From: Leptospirales bacterium
GTDB lineage: Bacteria > Spirochaetota > Leptospiria > Turneriellales > JAOUFE01
Direction: 5' to 3'
Assembly (NCBI GenBank): GCA_040326155.1
Contig: JBEQLE010000001.1
Span: forward strand, 32,001-96,000
Length of the DNA stretch: 64,000 nt
Shown: positions 39,737-50,675 of the stretch, in pieces
How positions within the stretch are numbered: the first letter of the stretch is position 1
Layout of the letters: every line of letters begins with the position of its first letter
The notes under the pieces: model-generated
Databases searched by the model: none
Seen by the model: only the letters and a program-made list of their open reading frames with translations
Told to the model about the DNA's origin: nothing
Program-made: the position numbers and the translations under genes

Positions 39737-40660
39737 TTATTTCGAACTACTTTTTAAATGCCCTTTTAGAATTTTTTCCATAACTTCGATGGGAGCTTTT
39801 TTGCCGGTAAACAATTCAAACTGCCTGGCACCCTGGTATAATAACATTTTATAACCCGGTATCGTTTTCAACTTTTTAGCGCGTGCGACTTTAACCAGTG
39901 GGGTAACTTCAGGATTGTAAACTATATCGAACAAAACCTGGTGTGAAAAGAGATACTCTTTGCTCAAGGGCGTTACCTGCTGCTCAGAATGACCACTCAT
40001 ACCCAAAGGGGTAGTTTGAATAATTAAATCGTACTCTTTCAGTTGAGATGGATCGTTTAATATAGACTCATAACGAAATTGAAGTCGAATTTTCTTTTCC
40101 TTTTCTCGAGGAAAATGAAAAGCTTTTAACTCAGGACAGCTTCGACTCAGTTTCAACCCCCGAATAAGATTGCGCACAGCCGGAGCATTACGCGCTAAAA
40201 CAGCAATCGCGGAAGGCCCTTTTTCAAGCAATGAAAAAGCGATACCTCTGGCTGAACCACCCGACCCGATAATCAACACTTTTTTTCCTTTTATTGAAAA
40301 CCCCGACTCTTCAATCGCTTGCACGGCTCCCGGACCGTCGGTGTTATAACCTTCCAGAAGACCATTTTTATTCCATAAAACCGTATTTACCGAACCTATT
40401 TGCAGAGCGAGCGGGTCAATTTTGTCAACCGACCTGCGAATATTGATCTTATGCGGAATCGTCACAGATAATCCCTGCACCGAAAACTGACGCATGGAAT
40501 ATTTTATATTAATGACATTTTTCATTGGAAAAGTCAAATAGACCGCATCTATTCCTGCGGCCACAAAAGCGGCATTGTGCATAGCCGGAGAAAGACTATG
40601 CCCCAGCGGATATCCGATTATCCCGTATATTTTTGTACCGGGATTCACACTTTTAATCAT
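39737..40660 (-). CDS. aroE: Shikimate dehydrogenase
   Basis: GYPLGHSLSPAMHN, SVTIPHK, GSVNT, NTDG, GSGGSARG, DIVYNP, MLLYQG. Confidence 0.96.
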   Translation of the reverse strand: MIKSVNPGTKIYGIIGYPLGHSLSPAMHNAAFVAAGIDAVYLTFPMKNVINIKYSMRQFSVQGLSVTIPHKINIRRSVDKIDPLALQIGSVNTVLWNKNGLLEGYNTDGPGAVQAIEESGFSIKGKKVLIIGSGGSARGIAFSLLEKGPSAIAVLARNAPAVRNLIRGLKLSRSCPELKAFHFPREKEKKIRLQFRYESILNDPSQLKEYDLIIQTTPLGMSGHSEQQVTPLSKEYLFSHQVLFDIVYNPEVTPLVKVARAKKLKTIPGYKMLLYQGARQFELFTGKKAPIEVMEKILKGHLKSSSK

Positions 40661-40665
40661 ACGGC

Positions 40666-41889
40666 TTAATGGTTCCCGCGTTTGTTTTTGGATTCTATTG
40701 AAATTATTTCGTCGAAAAACTTATATGCCACGTTCTGCTTTATCAATTTGCCGTTAAAATAAATAGTCGGGGTACCTGATATATTAAGACGGGTAGCCTC
40801 GGCGATATCGGCGGCAATAATTTTTTTGGTTTTGTCAGATTTCATACAAGAGTTAAAGCGACTCATATTTAAAGAAGCGCCTTGCGCAAGCTGGTTAATT
40901 TGGGTCGGAGTTACCCCTTGTGCAAGTTCTTGTTGACGAGAAAATATTTCATCATGCATATCCCAGAATCGGTTTTGCTCGGAGGCGCATTGCGAAGCAT
41001 AAGCCAACTCACAAGCGCCGAGATGTATTTGTCGTGAAAGACTGTGGTTGCATGTATTATCCAGAGGGTAATGACGAAATGCTATTTTTACATCTTCAGG
41101 ATAGCGGTGTAAAATTGTTTTTAAGTCTTGTGACGCTAATGCACAATGTTGGCAAAGAAAGTCTGCAAATTCAGTTATCGTTATACTTCCTTCTAAAGAA
41201 CCTTTTTGCGGAGCGTTTGAGTTATCCAGAAAAGCCACGGAGGTATTTCGGTACATATTATAAAACCCTTTTTGAGCTTGCTCCAGATGATACTCGGGAG
41301 ACCCGGTTTTCGAAGCGCCACTTTTAACGGAACTTTTTGCCATCAAATCGACCATCCCGCCCACGGCAAGAACGGCTATGGAAGCGACGGCAAAATATAC
41401 AACAAAAGGAACTGATTTTTCGAGGCTCTCTTTGGCTTTAAGGGAAAAATTGATATTGTTTTGTTTCATATGCAAAAACAGAAAAATTGCAATGGCGACG
41501 GTGGCAACATATGTCAGCGAACACATTTGACAGAACGCTTCAAGACTAATTACCATTACAGCAAGCAGGTAGAGATCGACCAGAACCCCGAGAGCAGCCA
41601 GAAGAAAAGATACCTGAACCAGAAAATTAATTCTCGAAAACGCGTAACCAATCAATGAAATCAATATAAATAGATATAAAAGAAGTCCCCATACGGCCAG
41701 AGGCAAACCGCCGACTTCCGAGATATCGGACCGGTTGACTTCGCTACACCCTTTGGAATTCTCTCCACAAACGACATCGACAAGAGAGTTCTGGAAATCG
41801 AGGTCGTAATGGTGATAGGTTAATAGAACGGTTAATGTCGCTCCTATTAATGCGAAGACGGAAGCAATTTGTACATAATATTTTGACAT
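40666..41889 (-). CDS. VKOR-DsbA fusion disulfide-bond formation protein
   Basis: VKOR domain (VC...GC.EV, GLPLAVWG, AFCQMC) plus thioredoxin domain (EFADFLCQHC, FRHYPL, ISGTPT). Confidence 0.92.
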   Translation of the reverse strand: MSKYYVQIASVFALIGATLTVLLTYHHYDLDFQNSLVDVVCGENSKGCSEVNRSDISEVGGLPLAVWGLLLYLFILISLIGYAFSRINFLVQVSFLLAALGVLVDLYLLAVMVISLEAFCQMCSLTYVATVAIAIFLFLHMKQNNINFSLKAKESLEKSVPFVVYFAVASIAVLAVGGMVDLMAKSSVKSGASKTGSPEYHLEQAQKGFYNMYRNTSVAFLDNSNAPQKGSLEGSITITEFADFLCQHCALASQDLKTILHRYPEDVKIAFRHYPLDNTCNHSLSRQIHLGACELAYASQCASEQNRFWDMHDEIFSRQQELAQGVTPTQINQLAQGASLNMSRFNSCMKSDKTKKIIAADIAEATRLNISGTPTIYFNGKLIKQNVAYKFFDEIISIESKNKRGNH

Positions 41890-41979
41890 AATTAGTTACC
41901 TGTTTTTTTTGATGTGTGTTTCATGAAGCCATGAACGAACACCCAAAATTGCGATTTCACTATGAATGTCAAATAGTTT

Positions 41980-43425
41980 TTAATGTAATTTTAACTCTTC
42001 TTCGATATCTTTCAGGGTAAGACGAAAACTTTCATCTTTGTCGGCTTTATCGCGAATTCGTTTTTCGCCATGAATAACAGTTGTGTGGTCTTTGCGTCCG
42101 AGCGCCTGGGCAATTTGAATTAAGGACATAGTAGGAATAAACCTGCGTATAACATACATACAAACGTGACGGGCCAGAGCAATGGCCTCCATACGGCTTT
42201 TACCATAGATATCTTCTGTTTTTACACCAAAAGCCTTGGCAACTGTACGTAAAATATCTTCGACGCTGATAATGGAAACATGGGCCTGCCCCTGAATATT
42301 CCCAAGCACCTCTTTTACCGATGCAAGGTCCGGCTTTCTTTTCTCATACTCAAATGAAAACTTTAAGCGAATAAGCACCGCTTCGAGAATGCGAATTTGA
42401 TCTTTTACATTCAGCGCAATATATTTAATTACTTCTTTAGGTATAGTCAGGTTTTGTTCACTGGCTTTTTTTATTAAGATAGATTCGCGCGTCTCCATGT
42501 TGGGAGGTTTAATATCAACAATAAGCCCTGACTGAAATCGACTGATCAGTCTGTCTTTGAGCATAGAGAGTTGTTGAGGCGGTCTGTCGCCGGAAATTAC
42601 AATTTGCTTGTTATTCTGGTATAAATAATTAAATGTATGGAAAATGGTCTCCTGGGTAAACTCGGCGCGGTGGCTTATGAACTGGATGTCATCGATTAAT
42701 AAAATATCGACATTTCTGTACTTTGCTTTAAAATGAGGCAGTGTATTGTTTGCGGTGGCCGTTATAAGGTCATTCTGAAAGGTCTCAGATGGAATATATT
42801 CCACTTTCATCCATGGATACCGTTTTTTAATATCGTTGGCGATAGCCATCAACAGGTGAGTCTTACCCAGTCCTACTCCGCCAAACAAATACAAAGGGTT
42901 ATGGTATTGCATCGGATTTTTCGCTACGCCTTGTGCGGCGGCAAATGCATGCTCATTCGAAGGGCCTTTAACAAACCTGTCAAAAACATAACTTTCATTA
43001 ATAAATATTTTCTGGTCGGCAACGGCTTCATTACCAGATGAATGTCTCTCTTTTTCAGGAGAATTAAATATATTCAATTGGTTGGCATCAACCTTCTTCT
43101 TTCGAGCGACAGGACGTTCCGATCCGGTTGCCGGTAGGGTTTTCTCCAACTGAAAGTCAACTTCAAGGTGATCACTGGAAATCTCACGAGCAAAACTGGT
43201 AATGATTTTCGCATAACGATTTCGAAGATGAGAAATTACTTTATCATCCGAACTGGCCAATACCAATATATTATCACTCCACTCTACTGGATGAAGATCT
43301 TTAAAAAATGCGTCAAAGAATTGAACAGGTACGGCACTTTCAAGTTTTCCGTATAGTTCATGCCAGGGTTTACCCCAACTCTCATCTTCCGACTCATATG
43401 AATCGGTTGTGGAATGTCGACTCAT
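41980..43425 (-). CDS. dnaA: Chromosomal replication initiator DnaA
   Basis: FVKGPSN, NPLYLFGGVGLGKTHL, LIDDIQF, RLISRFQSGL, ARHVCMY, GRKDHTTVIH. Confidence 0.97.
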   Translation of the reverse strand: MSRHSTTDSYESEDESWGKPWHELYGKLESAVPVQFFDAFFKDLHPVEWSDNILVLASSDDKVISHLRNRYAKIITSFAREISSDHLEVDFQLEKTLPATGSERPVARKKKVDANQLNIFNSPEKERHSSGNEAVADQKIFINESYVFDRFVKGPSNEHAFAAAQGVAKNPMQYHNPLYLFGGVGLGKTHLLMAIANDIKKRYPWMKVEYIPSETFQNDLITATANNTLPHFKAKYRNVDILLIDDIQFISHRAEFTQETIFHTFNYLYQNNKQIVISGDRPPQQLSMLKDRLISRFQSGLIVDIKPPNMETRESILIKKASEQNLTIPKEVIKYIALNVKDQIRILEAVLIRLKFSFEYEKRKPDLASVKEVLGNIQGQAHVSIISVEDILRTVAKAFGVKTEDIYGKSRMEAIALARHVCMYVIRRFIPTMSLIQIAQALGRKDHTTVIHGEKRIRDKADKDESFRLTLKDIEEELKLH

Positions 43426-43755
43426 TTACTTCCCTCCTTCACAAAATACCAACCTTCTAGGTCTTTTTGGCAAGGGATGGATGGTCGGAAAAAGCTGGTT
43501 CGGCAAGCCAAATTTTATAGGTGTGACAATATTTTTTTCCACCACTGCGCACTACTAGTGTATCATTGTGAACCTAGATTATGTCACATTTACTAAATTA
43601 ATATATTCACAATATTGAATAATTCAAACATTGCAATAAAATTTATTTCTGCGGATACAGAATATTTGTACCTACAATTGCATGGACTTCAGCGGTTCAA
43701 AAACAGTGATTAAATTAACGTAAAACGTCGGTTTATATGTGTTGACCGGTCAACT
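43426..43755. promoter_or_regulatory. dnaA upstream region with degenerate DnaA boxes and an AT-rich tract (possible oriC or autoregulatory site)
   Basis: TTTTCCACC (43535), ATATTCACA (43603), TGCGGATAC (43650); AT-rich 43588-43650; no perfect TTATCCACA. Confidence 0.35.
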
Positions 43756-44901
43756 ATGTTACATAATGTTACAGGTATGGAGACGGTCTACCTGTTTGCC
43801 ATTGGCATCTTATCTTTAGCCATTGTATACATCATATTACAATATCGCTTATCTGGAATGATCAGCGAAAAAATGGAAAAATTCTATAAAAACCAAATGG
43901 TCAATGATATGCAGGAGTTTTACCGTGAACTGGAAAGCTATTCTGCGATACTTGAATCTCGTATACTTAGGTTAAAGACCCTCGTTGATCGTCAGGAGAG
44001 TTCTGTTCGCGAATGGAATACCATCGGATTGCAGCTCGGTAAATCTAAGAAGACGAAAGAGGTTCAAGCTTTTTTAGATGACAAACAAAAAGAAGAGAAA
44101 GCTCTTTGGCGTGAAGTTGAATTATTGAAAGAAGACATATATCGAATGAAATCGAGAACTGTACCGGAATTGCAAAAACCAATGTCGGTAGCGGTGCCTG
44201 AATTCAAACAAAAAATTAAACCCGAGCCTGTAAAAACACCTGCTTCTGATACAGAAGACCAGGACTCCTCTTTGGCCGAAGAACTTATTTCCGATTTAAA
44301 CATACCGGATACGTTTGAGCGTATCGGTTCGCCCGCTTTAACAAAACCGCGACCTTCCAGTCGTAATACAACGAAACCCAAACCCAGACGAACGCCGAAA
44401 ACGGAGCCGCCACCGGAGTCTGAAATTAAACCTGAACAAAAAGAAGAGAGCATAGACAAATCGCTTCTGAATATTTTGTCCTCCATTGGAAAATCGATTT
44501 CACCGATGTTCGGAGAAAAGAAAAAAGAGGAGGGCTCTACCGATATTGTACCGGAGAACCCAGCCACAAAAGCTGATTTTCAAAATATGCTCCGAGAAAA
44601 AATGCCAGAAAATGCACCGACGGCCCCCATAGAAAAAATAATCCGTAAAAATCCAATTCCGGAAAAAGCGAAACCCGCCGACCCTGCCGAACTTCCCCTT
44701 TTTTCTACCCCGAAGGCGGTAAAAAGACTCAACCCTGAAGATCTTGTCAATTTGGTAGAAAAGTTGAATTTGTCTTCACAGCGTCCCGACGCCCTTCGTT
44801 TATTGCTTGAAAACGGGTTTAATATCGATCAGATCTCTAATCTCTCAAAAATACCGCATAGCGATCTTGAGATGACTCGAAATATCTATAACATCGAATG
44901 A
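43756..44901 (+). CDS. Hypothetical protein: TM, coiled coil, Pro-rich linker, C-terminal HTH-like segment
   Basis: 381 aa; C-terminus LLLENGFNIDQISNLSKIPHSDLEM resembles DUF6115/DUF2802-type tails; stop overlaps ispH start. Confidence 0.8.
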   Translation: MLHNVTGMETVYLFAIGILSLAIVYIILQYRLSGMISEKMEKFYKNQMVNDMQEFYRELESYSAILESRILRLKTLVDRQESSVREWNTIGLQLGKSKKTKEVQAFLDDKQKEEKALWREVELLKEDIYRMKSRTVPELQKPMSVAVPEFKQKIKPEPVKTPASDTEDQDSSLAEELISDLNIPDTFERIGSPALTKPRPSSRNTTKPKPRRTPKTEPPPESEIKPEQKEESIDKSLLNILSSIGKSISPMFGEKKKEEGSTDIVPENPATKADFQNMLREKMPENAPTAPIEKIIRKNPIPEKAKPADPAELPLFSTPKAVKRLNPEDLVNLVEKLNLSSQRPDALRLLLENGFNIDQISNLSKIPHSDLEMTRNIYNIE

Positions 44902-45869
44902 AAATGAACTCTCCTGAAAAAATGGAAAAAAAAATTATTATAGCCTCTGCCAGGGGATTTTGCGCTGGAGTCATTCGGGCTATTCATACAGTGGAACAGG
45001 CACTGAAAATTTTCGATCATCCTTTATATGTACATCACCAGATTGTTCACAATAAATATGTGGTGGAAGACCTTGAAAAAAGGGGGGTTCGGTTTATAGA
45101 AGAGCTCGATGAAATGCCCGATAATTTACCGGTAATTTTCAGTGCTCATGGGGTTTCTCCCGAAGTTCATAAAAAAGCCGCCCAAAAAAATCTTCAGGTC
45201 ATTGACGCCACTTGTCCGCTTGTTGCAAAAGTCCACACGGAAGCTATTCGTTATTCAAAAAATGGTTACCGTATTTTTTATATCGGGCATAATAATCACC
45301 CGGAAACAAAAGGTACATATGGCGAAGCTCCCGAGGCCATCACTGTAATTGAAAATGAGGCCCAGGCTGACCAGTTAATGGCTACAAAAGATAAAGCCGC
45401 CGTTTTAACCCAGACAACGCTTTCGATTTACGATACAGAAAAAGTCATTACCAGTTTAAAACAAAAGTTTCCCGACCTGGCAACTCCTAAAAAAAGTGAT
45501 ATCTGTTTTGCTACGACAAACCGCCAGGAATCTGTTTTGACTTTGTCTAATAATTGCGATTTGGTATTCATATTAGGTTCCAAAAATTCTTCAAATTCAA
45601 ATCGTTTAAAAGAAGTTGCTTTTTCTCAGAATACTCCGTCTTACCTAATTGACGGGCCCGAAGATATCGAAACCGAGTGGCTATTGAATGCTCAAACTGT
45701 TGGTATTACAGCCGGGGCCTCAGCTCCTGAATTTCTCGTCACAAAAACTATTGAGTTTTTAAAAGAGAAGTTTGGTTTTAAAAATGTCGAATATCGAAAT
45801 ATAAAAGAGGAAAATATATCATTTCAACTTCCCGAAGAATTGCAAAAATTATTGACAAAAGCACAATGA
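44898..45869 (+). CDS. ispH: 4-hydroxy-3-methylbut-2-enyl diphosphate reductase
   Basis: RGFCAGV.RAI, IVHN, FSAHGV, DATCPLVAKVH, ICFATTNRQ, SSNS, TAGASAPE. Confidence 0.98.
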   Translation: MKMNSPEKMEKKIIIASARGFCAGVIRAIHTVEQALKIFDHPLYVHHQIVHNKYVVEDLEKRGVRFIEELDEMPDNLPVIFSAHGVSPEVHKKAAQKNLQVIDATCPLVAKVHTEAIRYSKNGYRIFYIGHNNHPETKGTYGEAPEAITVIENEAQADQLMATKDKAAVLTQTTLSIYDTEKVITSLKQKFPDLATPKKSDICFATTNRQESVLTLSNNCDLVFILGSKNSSNSNRLKEVAFSQNTPSYLIDGPEDIETEWLLNAQTVGITAGASAPEFLVTKTIEFLKEKFGFKNVEYRNIKEENISFQLPEELQKLLTKAQ

Positions 45870-45890
45870 TATAATGACATTACAAATGAA

Positions 45891-47792
45891 ATGCTAAAGA
45901 ACATTAAAAACACTTTCTTCTTTAGTCTGTTAATTCTGGCTTTGAACCCATTTTCGTTGAGCGCAGCTTATAACACGGAAGATCTCGAAAGTTCCGAAGT
46001 TTTGCAGAGTTTGACGCTCAAAGCAATTCAGTTTTATCACCAGAAGAAATACGACCAGACGGCCCTTATTATGGATCGTATTCTGAAAGTATATCCGGAT
46101 GATAAAACAGCTTACGAATATTATATTAAAGCCAACGATCAATTGATACGAGCCTTAATTCTGGGAAAGCAAGCCGTTATACTGGTGAATAACGGACAAC
46201 TGCTCGAAGCGCAAGCCCGTATCGAAGAAGCCGGTCGCATTGCCCCCCACTCCCCGGCTATAAACAAGCTGGCAGAATATATTAAAAATAAATCTGAAGA
46301 TTTAAAACCACTCTCACATCTGGACGAACAGCAACGTAAAAGCTTTGAAATTCTTTTAAAAAAAGCTACGAAAGAACTCAATGAAGGACGTAACGAAGAA
46401 GCGCTTTTATTATTTCGAGACGCTTTAAAAATAGCACCGGAGTCTCCCCGCGCGGTTCGCGGTTATAACCTCGCCCTGCTACGCTCCCGTTCGGAAAACT
46501 ATTCGGAGCAAACCAAAAGGTTGTTTCAAAAGGCTGACGCGTTTCGCAAAGCAATACAATACATTAAAGCTAAAGGTGTATATGAAGAAATTCTAGCATA
46601 TGACCCGGCAAATATAAGGGCTGAAACGGGTTTAAAAGAGATGGAAAAACTTATTGCCGAACTTTCTCAGGCTGCTGAAAAATCGCAACTTGCTCAGCAA
46701 TATTACGACGAAGCTCGTGACCACCTTGACGGTAAAGAGTTCGAGAATGCCATCGAAAAATACGAACTTGGAAAAGCGACTCTCGCCCCGTATAAAAACT
46801 GGGACCAGTTAATTATCAATGCAAAAAAACAAAAAAAAGATTTTGAAAATAAAGACAGGGCGGAAAAAAGCGCCATGCTTGATAAATCTTTGAATAATGC
46901 CTTTGTATTAATTACAACAGAAAGATATAAAGAGGCAGTTAAAGAACTAAATACAGTTGTTATTATTTCTAAAGAGCTGGAGTTAGAAACATTTGAAACA
47001 CAAGCTATTGAGCTTTTGAAAAAGACACAAGAGAGTATGCGCAAACAGGAAGACGAGACTATTACCATAATTCATCCATATTATGACGCCATAAATACCC
47101 AGAAAATTCTCGGCCTTGAAGCTTATAAACGGAAAAAATATAAACTTGCTCAGGAATATTTCTCTTCCATACTCGAACTTTTTCCTAAAAACCGGTTTGC
47201 CAATATCTACAATATTAAATGCACCATTGAACTCGGTATCGGTAGTAAAACCCAGGTAATGAACGATCTAATTTCAGGTATCAATGTAAACTTGAAAAGC
47301 GGTGACAAATTCGAAGCAAAGCGTCTTTACAATATAGCCAAAGAGATTGAGCCAGGTAATGCCGAATTAAAAGCACTTTCTCCAAAGTTTGATAAAAAAA
47401 GAATAATAAACGATCTGCTAAATAGAGACGAATCTATTACCGATACACAGATCGAAAATATGTATAAAAACGCCTTAAATTTAAGCCGTTCCAAACCCAA
47501 AGAATCTATAGCAGTATTAAACCGAATTGTGAAAGCTGACCCCGCAAACACCAAGGCGCGTAAACTACTTTTACAACTTCAAAACATAGCAAAATCCAGG
47601 TCATCCACTTATGAGGCTCCCAGAATAAACTCACGCGCCCAACAATACTATGCCGACGGAATTCGTCACTACAATAATGGTAGAATAAGGGACGCTAGAA
47701 GTTCATTTATTAAAGCTCTGAGAATTGAACCATCTTATACCAAAGCAAGAAAAGCCCGTGAAAAATGCGACAAATATCTTGGTATAAAATAA
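45891..47792 (+). CDS. Exported TPR-repeat protein
   Basis: Signal peptide (..FSLSA); repeated TPR helices (ALKIAPES, ILAYDPAN, ALRIEPSY). Confidence 0.85.
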   Translation: MLKNIKNTFFFSLLILALNPFSLSAAYNTEDLESSEVLQSLTLKAIQFYHQKKYDQTALIMDRILKVYPDDKTAYEYYIKANDQLIRALILGKQAVILVNNGQLLEAQARIEEAGRIAPHSPAINKLAEYIKNKSEDLKPLSHLDEQQRKSFEILLKKATKELNEGRNEEALLLFRDALKIAPESPRAVRGYNLALLRSRSENYSEQTKRLFQKADAFRKAIQYIKAKGVYEEILAYDPANIRAETGLKEMEKLIAELSQAAEKSQLAQQYYDEARDHLDGKEFENAIEKYELGKATLAPYKNWDQLIINAKKQKKDFENKDRAEKSAMLDKSLNNAFVLITTERYKEAVKELNTVVIISKELELETFETQAIELLKKTQESMRKQEDETITIIHPYYDAINTQKILGLEAYKRKKYKLAQEYFSSILELFPKNRFANIYNIKCTIELGIGSKTQVMNDLISGINVNLKSGDKFEAKRLYNIAKEIEPGNAELKALSPKFDKKRIINDLLNRDESITDTQIENMYKNALNLSRSKPKESIAVLNRIVKADPANTKARKLLLQLQNIAKSRSSTYEAPRINSRAQQYYADGIRHYNNGRIRDARSSFIKALRIEPSYTKARKAREKCDKYLGIK

Positions 47793-47799
47793 CATGATT

Positions 47800-50670
47800 T
47801 TATAATCTTTTAATGTATTTACTTTCAGGAAAACTCTCACGCAGACGTTCGCGGTAAAGTTCATACTCTCTTACCTTTCCCGCTTTCTTAAAAGAGAGTG
47901 AACTTTTATACAAAGCTCTTTCGAAAAGATCGGAAATACCCGAATAAAGATATACAATTTTCGTGTAATCTCTCGCTGCTTTCAAATAGGCTTTTCGCAA
48001 TAAGTGAATTTCACCAAGATAATAAAATGACCACGCCGCCAGAAATTCGTCGCGTCCCTGAGAAACCTGACGAAAATAATCAAAAGCGACATCGTATTTT
48101 TTTTGATAATAATGCGCAAGTCCGGAATAATACCGGGCAACAATCGAATGGTCTTGTTCGTCCAGTAGAGGCTTTAATAACTTTATTGCTTTGTTATATT
48201 CCTTTTGCATTAACCAGATTTTTGCTTCAACAATAGTTAATTGACCAATTGTATTTTTATCATTGGAAGAATTCTTTTTTTGCTTGCCAATCAACTCAAG
48301 GGCCATTTCAACATTCCCACTCGAAGCATAAATTTCAGTCATGGTTTTTACCAGGCGAATACGGTAAGGCTCCATGTCTTCGGCGTTAGAATTCAAAAGT
48401 TTTTCACAAATACCCAGGGCTTCTTTGTATTGTCCTGTTGACGAATACATCGAAACACGAGCAAATTGAGCCTCCATTTTATCACCGGTAGTTTTCGCAT
48501 TACGTATCATTTTACGATACAATGCATCTGCCTTGGAGACCTCTCCCCGCTTACGAAAATATACACTTATAATACGTAAAATTTCTGCTCTGTATAACGA
48601 TGCAGATTTTTTCTTGGCAAGCTCATAATACACATTTTCAGCATGCTGTGGCTGTTTTACCTGCAAATAAGATTTCGCAAGAAGATAATAAACCTCTTCG
48701 ACTGAAACCGATTCAGGGTATTGTTTTAAAAAATTTCTATACTGATCAATAGCCCCCCAGAAGTCCCCCTGCAATGCAAGTATCTTTGCATAATCAAGCA
48801 AAGACCTTTCTTTAAAAGGATTGTCTTCAGGCGACTCTTTATGACATTTTAAAAACAGTCCTTCAGCCTTTTTGTAGTTTCCCGTTAAATGCAGGCTTTT
48901 CGCCTGAAAATAAAGAGCATCGGGAGCGCGTTTACCTGACGGAAATTTTTCAAGATATGTAATAAACTCTTTTTCAGCCTGTGCATAATCATTCAATCGA
49001 AAGTAGACCCATGCAATTTGAAAATAAGCCTCTTCAGCTTCCGGCTCTTCAGGATATAATTTAATTACATTTTGATAGTATTTTATGGCATCGTCGAAAT
49101 CTCTAAGATTATAACGACACGAAGCGATGGCGCTTAACACCCATGCTTTTTCACTATCATTAGAAGCGAATTTTTCATATTTTCGAAACTGGTCAGATGC
49201 GCGTTCGTATTGTTTCAACTCAAGATAAGACCACCCTACCCCCATAGCCGAGGCAAAAAATCTTCTGTGCCCTTTGTATTGGCGAAGAACAATATTATAA
49301 TATTGTAGTGCTTTGGTATAATCGGTTAAAGCGTAATAAATTTCTCCATACATAAAGTATGCATCCCCTTTCCATTGCGAATGGGGATATTTTTTGACCA
49401 GTCGATCAAGAGTGTTCAAAGCAGTGTCATACATCCCTACTTTATATAAACTCTGGGAACGCATAAACATTGTCTCAGGCGCCGATTCATCGGTCGGGTA
49501 TTCTTCATAAAAAATCTGATAAACTCTGGCAGCCTTTTCAAACTGTTTTTCAATTAATAAAAGATTACCCATTTTCAGTAAAACAACTTTTCTGGCTTTT
49601 CCTTTCAACTTAAAAGAGTCAAGCAACATCTGGTAAATTCTCAAAGCCTCATCTGTTTTACCAAAACTCCGGTAGCTGTCAGCCATTAACTCAAGCGCCT
49701 GAATATAAAATTCACTGTCCTGATAACGTTCGACCACAAGACGATAATCGGCGGCCGCTAGGGCATAATTTTCCCGAATCTGGTGTATCTGCCCTCTTCG
49801 AAAATAAGCTGAGCCAAGCTCTGACCACTTCTTATAGTTTGCAATAATGTCGTTTAAAACTTCAAATGTTTTTTCGGGGCCTTCTGTTTTATAATAACAC
49901 AAAGCAAGGTGATACTTGGCATCGGGTACAATATCGCCTTGCGTATGCTGTTCTAAAATATAAAGAAATTGCGCTTTAGCATCTTCGTATTTATTTTCAG
50001 CAAAATATGTTTTGCCTATCCATAATTGAGCTTCTTTAGTGTCAATATCTTGATATCGTAATATAACCGATTGAAACTGTTTTCTTGCTTTGGAATAATC
50101 ACGATTATTGTAATGGGCGATACCAAGTTGCAATGCAATTTCAGGCGAGATATTGCTCTTTGGATATTTATTTAATGCGTCTCTAAACGTAAAAACCGCA
50201 TCATCATATCGCTCCGTTAATATGTACATATAACCGATTGTGTATATGGCATAAGCGGCCCTTTTACTTTCAGGAAAATCTTTAATGAATTTATAATGAG
50301 TAGAGAGCGCTTGTCGGTAATCTTTTAAATAATAAAAGCATTCACCCTCCCAATAACGAGCCTTAACCTCATAAGATGAATTGGGATAATCTCGCAACAA
50401 AACTCGAAACTCAAACAAGGCCGACTTATAATCGGCTTCGTAATAGTATGTCAATGCAATGTAGTATTGAGAGTCATCGCCAAACTCACCTCGGGAATCT
50501 TTGTTCAAGATTTCCTGAAATAAAAGCCTGGCCGAATAAAAGCTTTTTTGTTGAAAAGCTTTTATTCCAGCCTGGTAGGTTCGTAAGGATGAAATTGTAT
50601 TGTCTGCCGCAAGAGAAGAGACAAAAGCCACTCCCAGAAAAGCAAGTAAAAGTGTTTGTTTACGAAGCAT
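47800..50670 (-). CDS. Large exported TPR-repeat protein (YbgF/BamD-like repeats)
   Basis: Signal peptide; more than 20 repeats of the A.Y..G..Y....Y..A...F......YP.S type. Confidence 0.9.
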   Translation of the reverse strand: MLRKQTLLLAFLGVAFVSSLAADNTISSLRTYQAGIKAFQQKSFYSARLLFQEILNKDSRGEFGDDSQYYIALTYYYEADYKSALFEFRVLLRDYPNSSYEVKARYWEGECFYYLKDYRQALSTHYKFIKDFPESKRAAYAIYTIGYMYILTERYDDAVFTFRDALNKYPKSNISPEIALQLGIAHYNNRDYSKARKQFQSVILRYQDIDTKEAQLWIGKTYFAENKYEDAKAQFLYILEQHTQGDIVPDAKYHLALCYYKTEGPEKTFEVLNDIIANYKKWSELGSAYFRRGQIHQIRENYALAAADYRLVVERYQDSEFYIQALELMADSYRSFGKTDEALRIYQMLLDSFKLKGKARKVVLLKMGNLLLIEKQFEKAARVYQIFYEEYPTDESAPETMFMRSQSLYKVGMYDTALNTLDRLVKKYPHSQWKGDAYFMYGEIYYALTDYTKALQYYNIVLRQYKGHRRFFASAMGVGWSYLELKQYERASDQFRKYEKFASNDSEKAWVLSAIASCRYNLRDFDDAIKYYQNVIKLYPEEPEAEEAYFQIAWVYFRLNDYAQAEKEFITYLEKFPSGKRAPDALYFQAKSLHLTGNYKKAEGLFLKCHKESPEDNPFKERSLLDYAKILALQGDFWGAIDQYRNFLKQYPESVSVEEVYYLLAKSYLQVKQPQHAENVYYELAKKKSASLYRAEILRIISVYFRKRGEVSKADALYRKMIRNAKTTGDKMEAQFARVSMYSSTGQYKEALGICEKLLNSNAEDMEPYRIRLVKTMTEIYASSGNVEMALELIGKQKKNSSNDKNTIGQLTIVEAKIWLMQKEYNKAIKLLKPLLDEQDHSIVARYYSGLAHYYQKKYDVAFDYFRQVSQGRDEFLAAWSFYYLGEIHLLRKAYLKAARDYTKIVYLYSGISDLFERALYKSSLSFKKAGKVREYELYRERLRESFPESKYIKRL

Positions 50671-50675
50671 TGATT

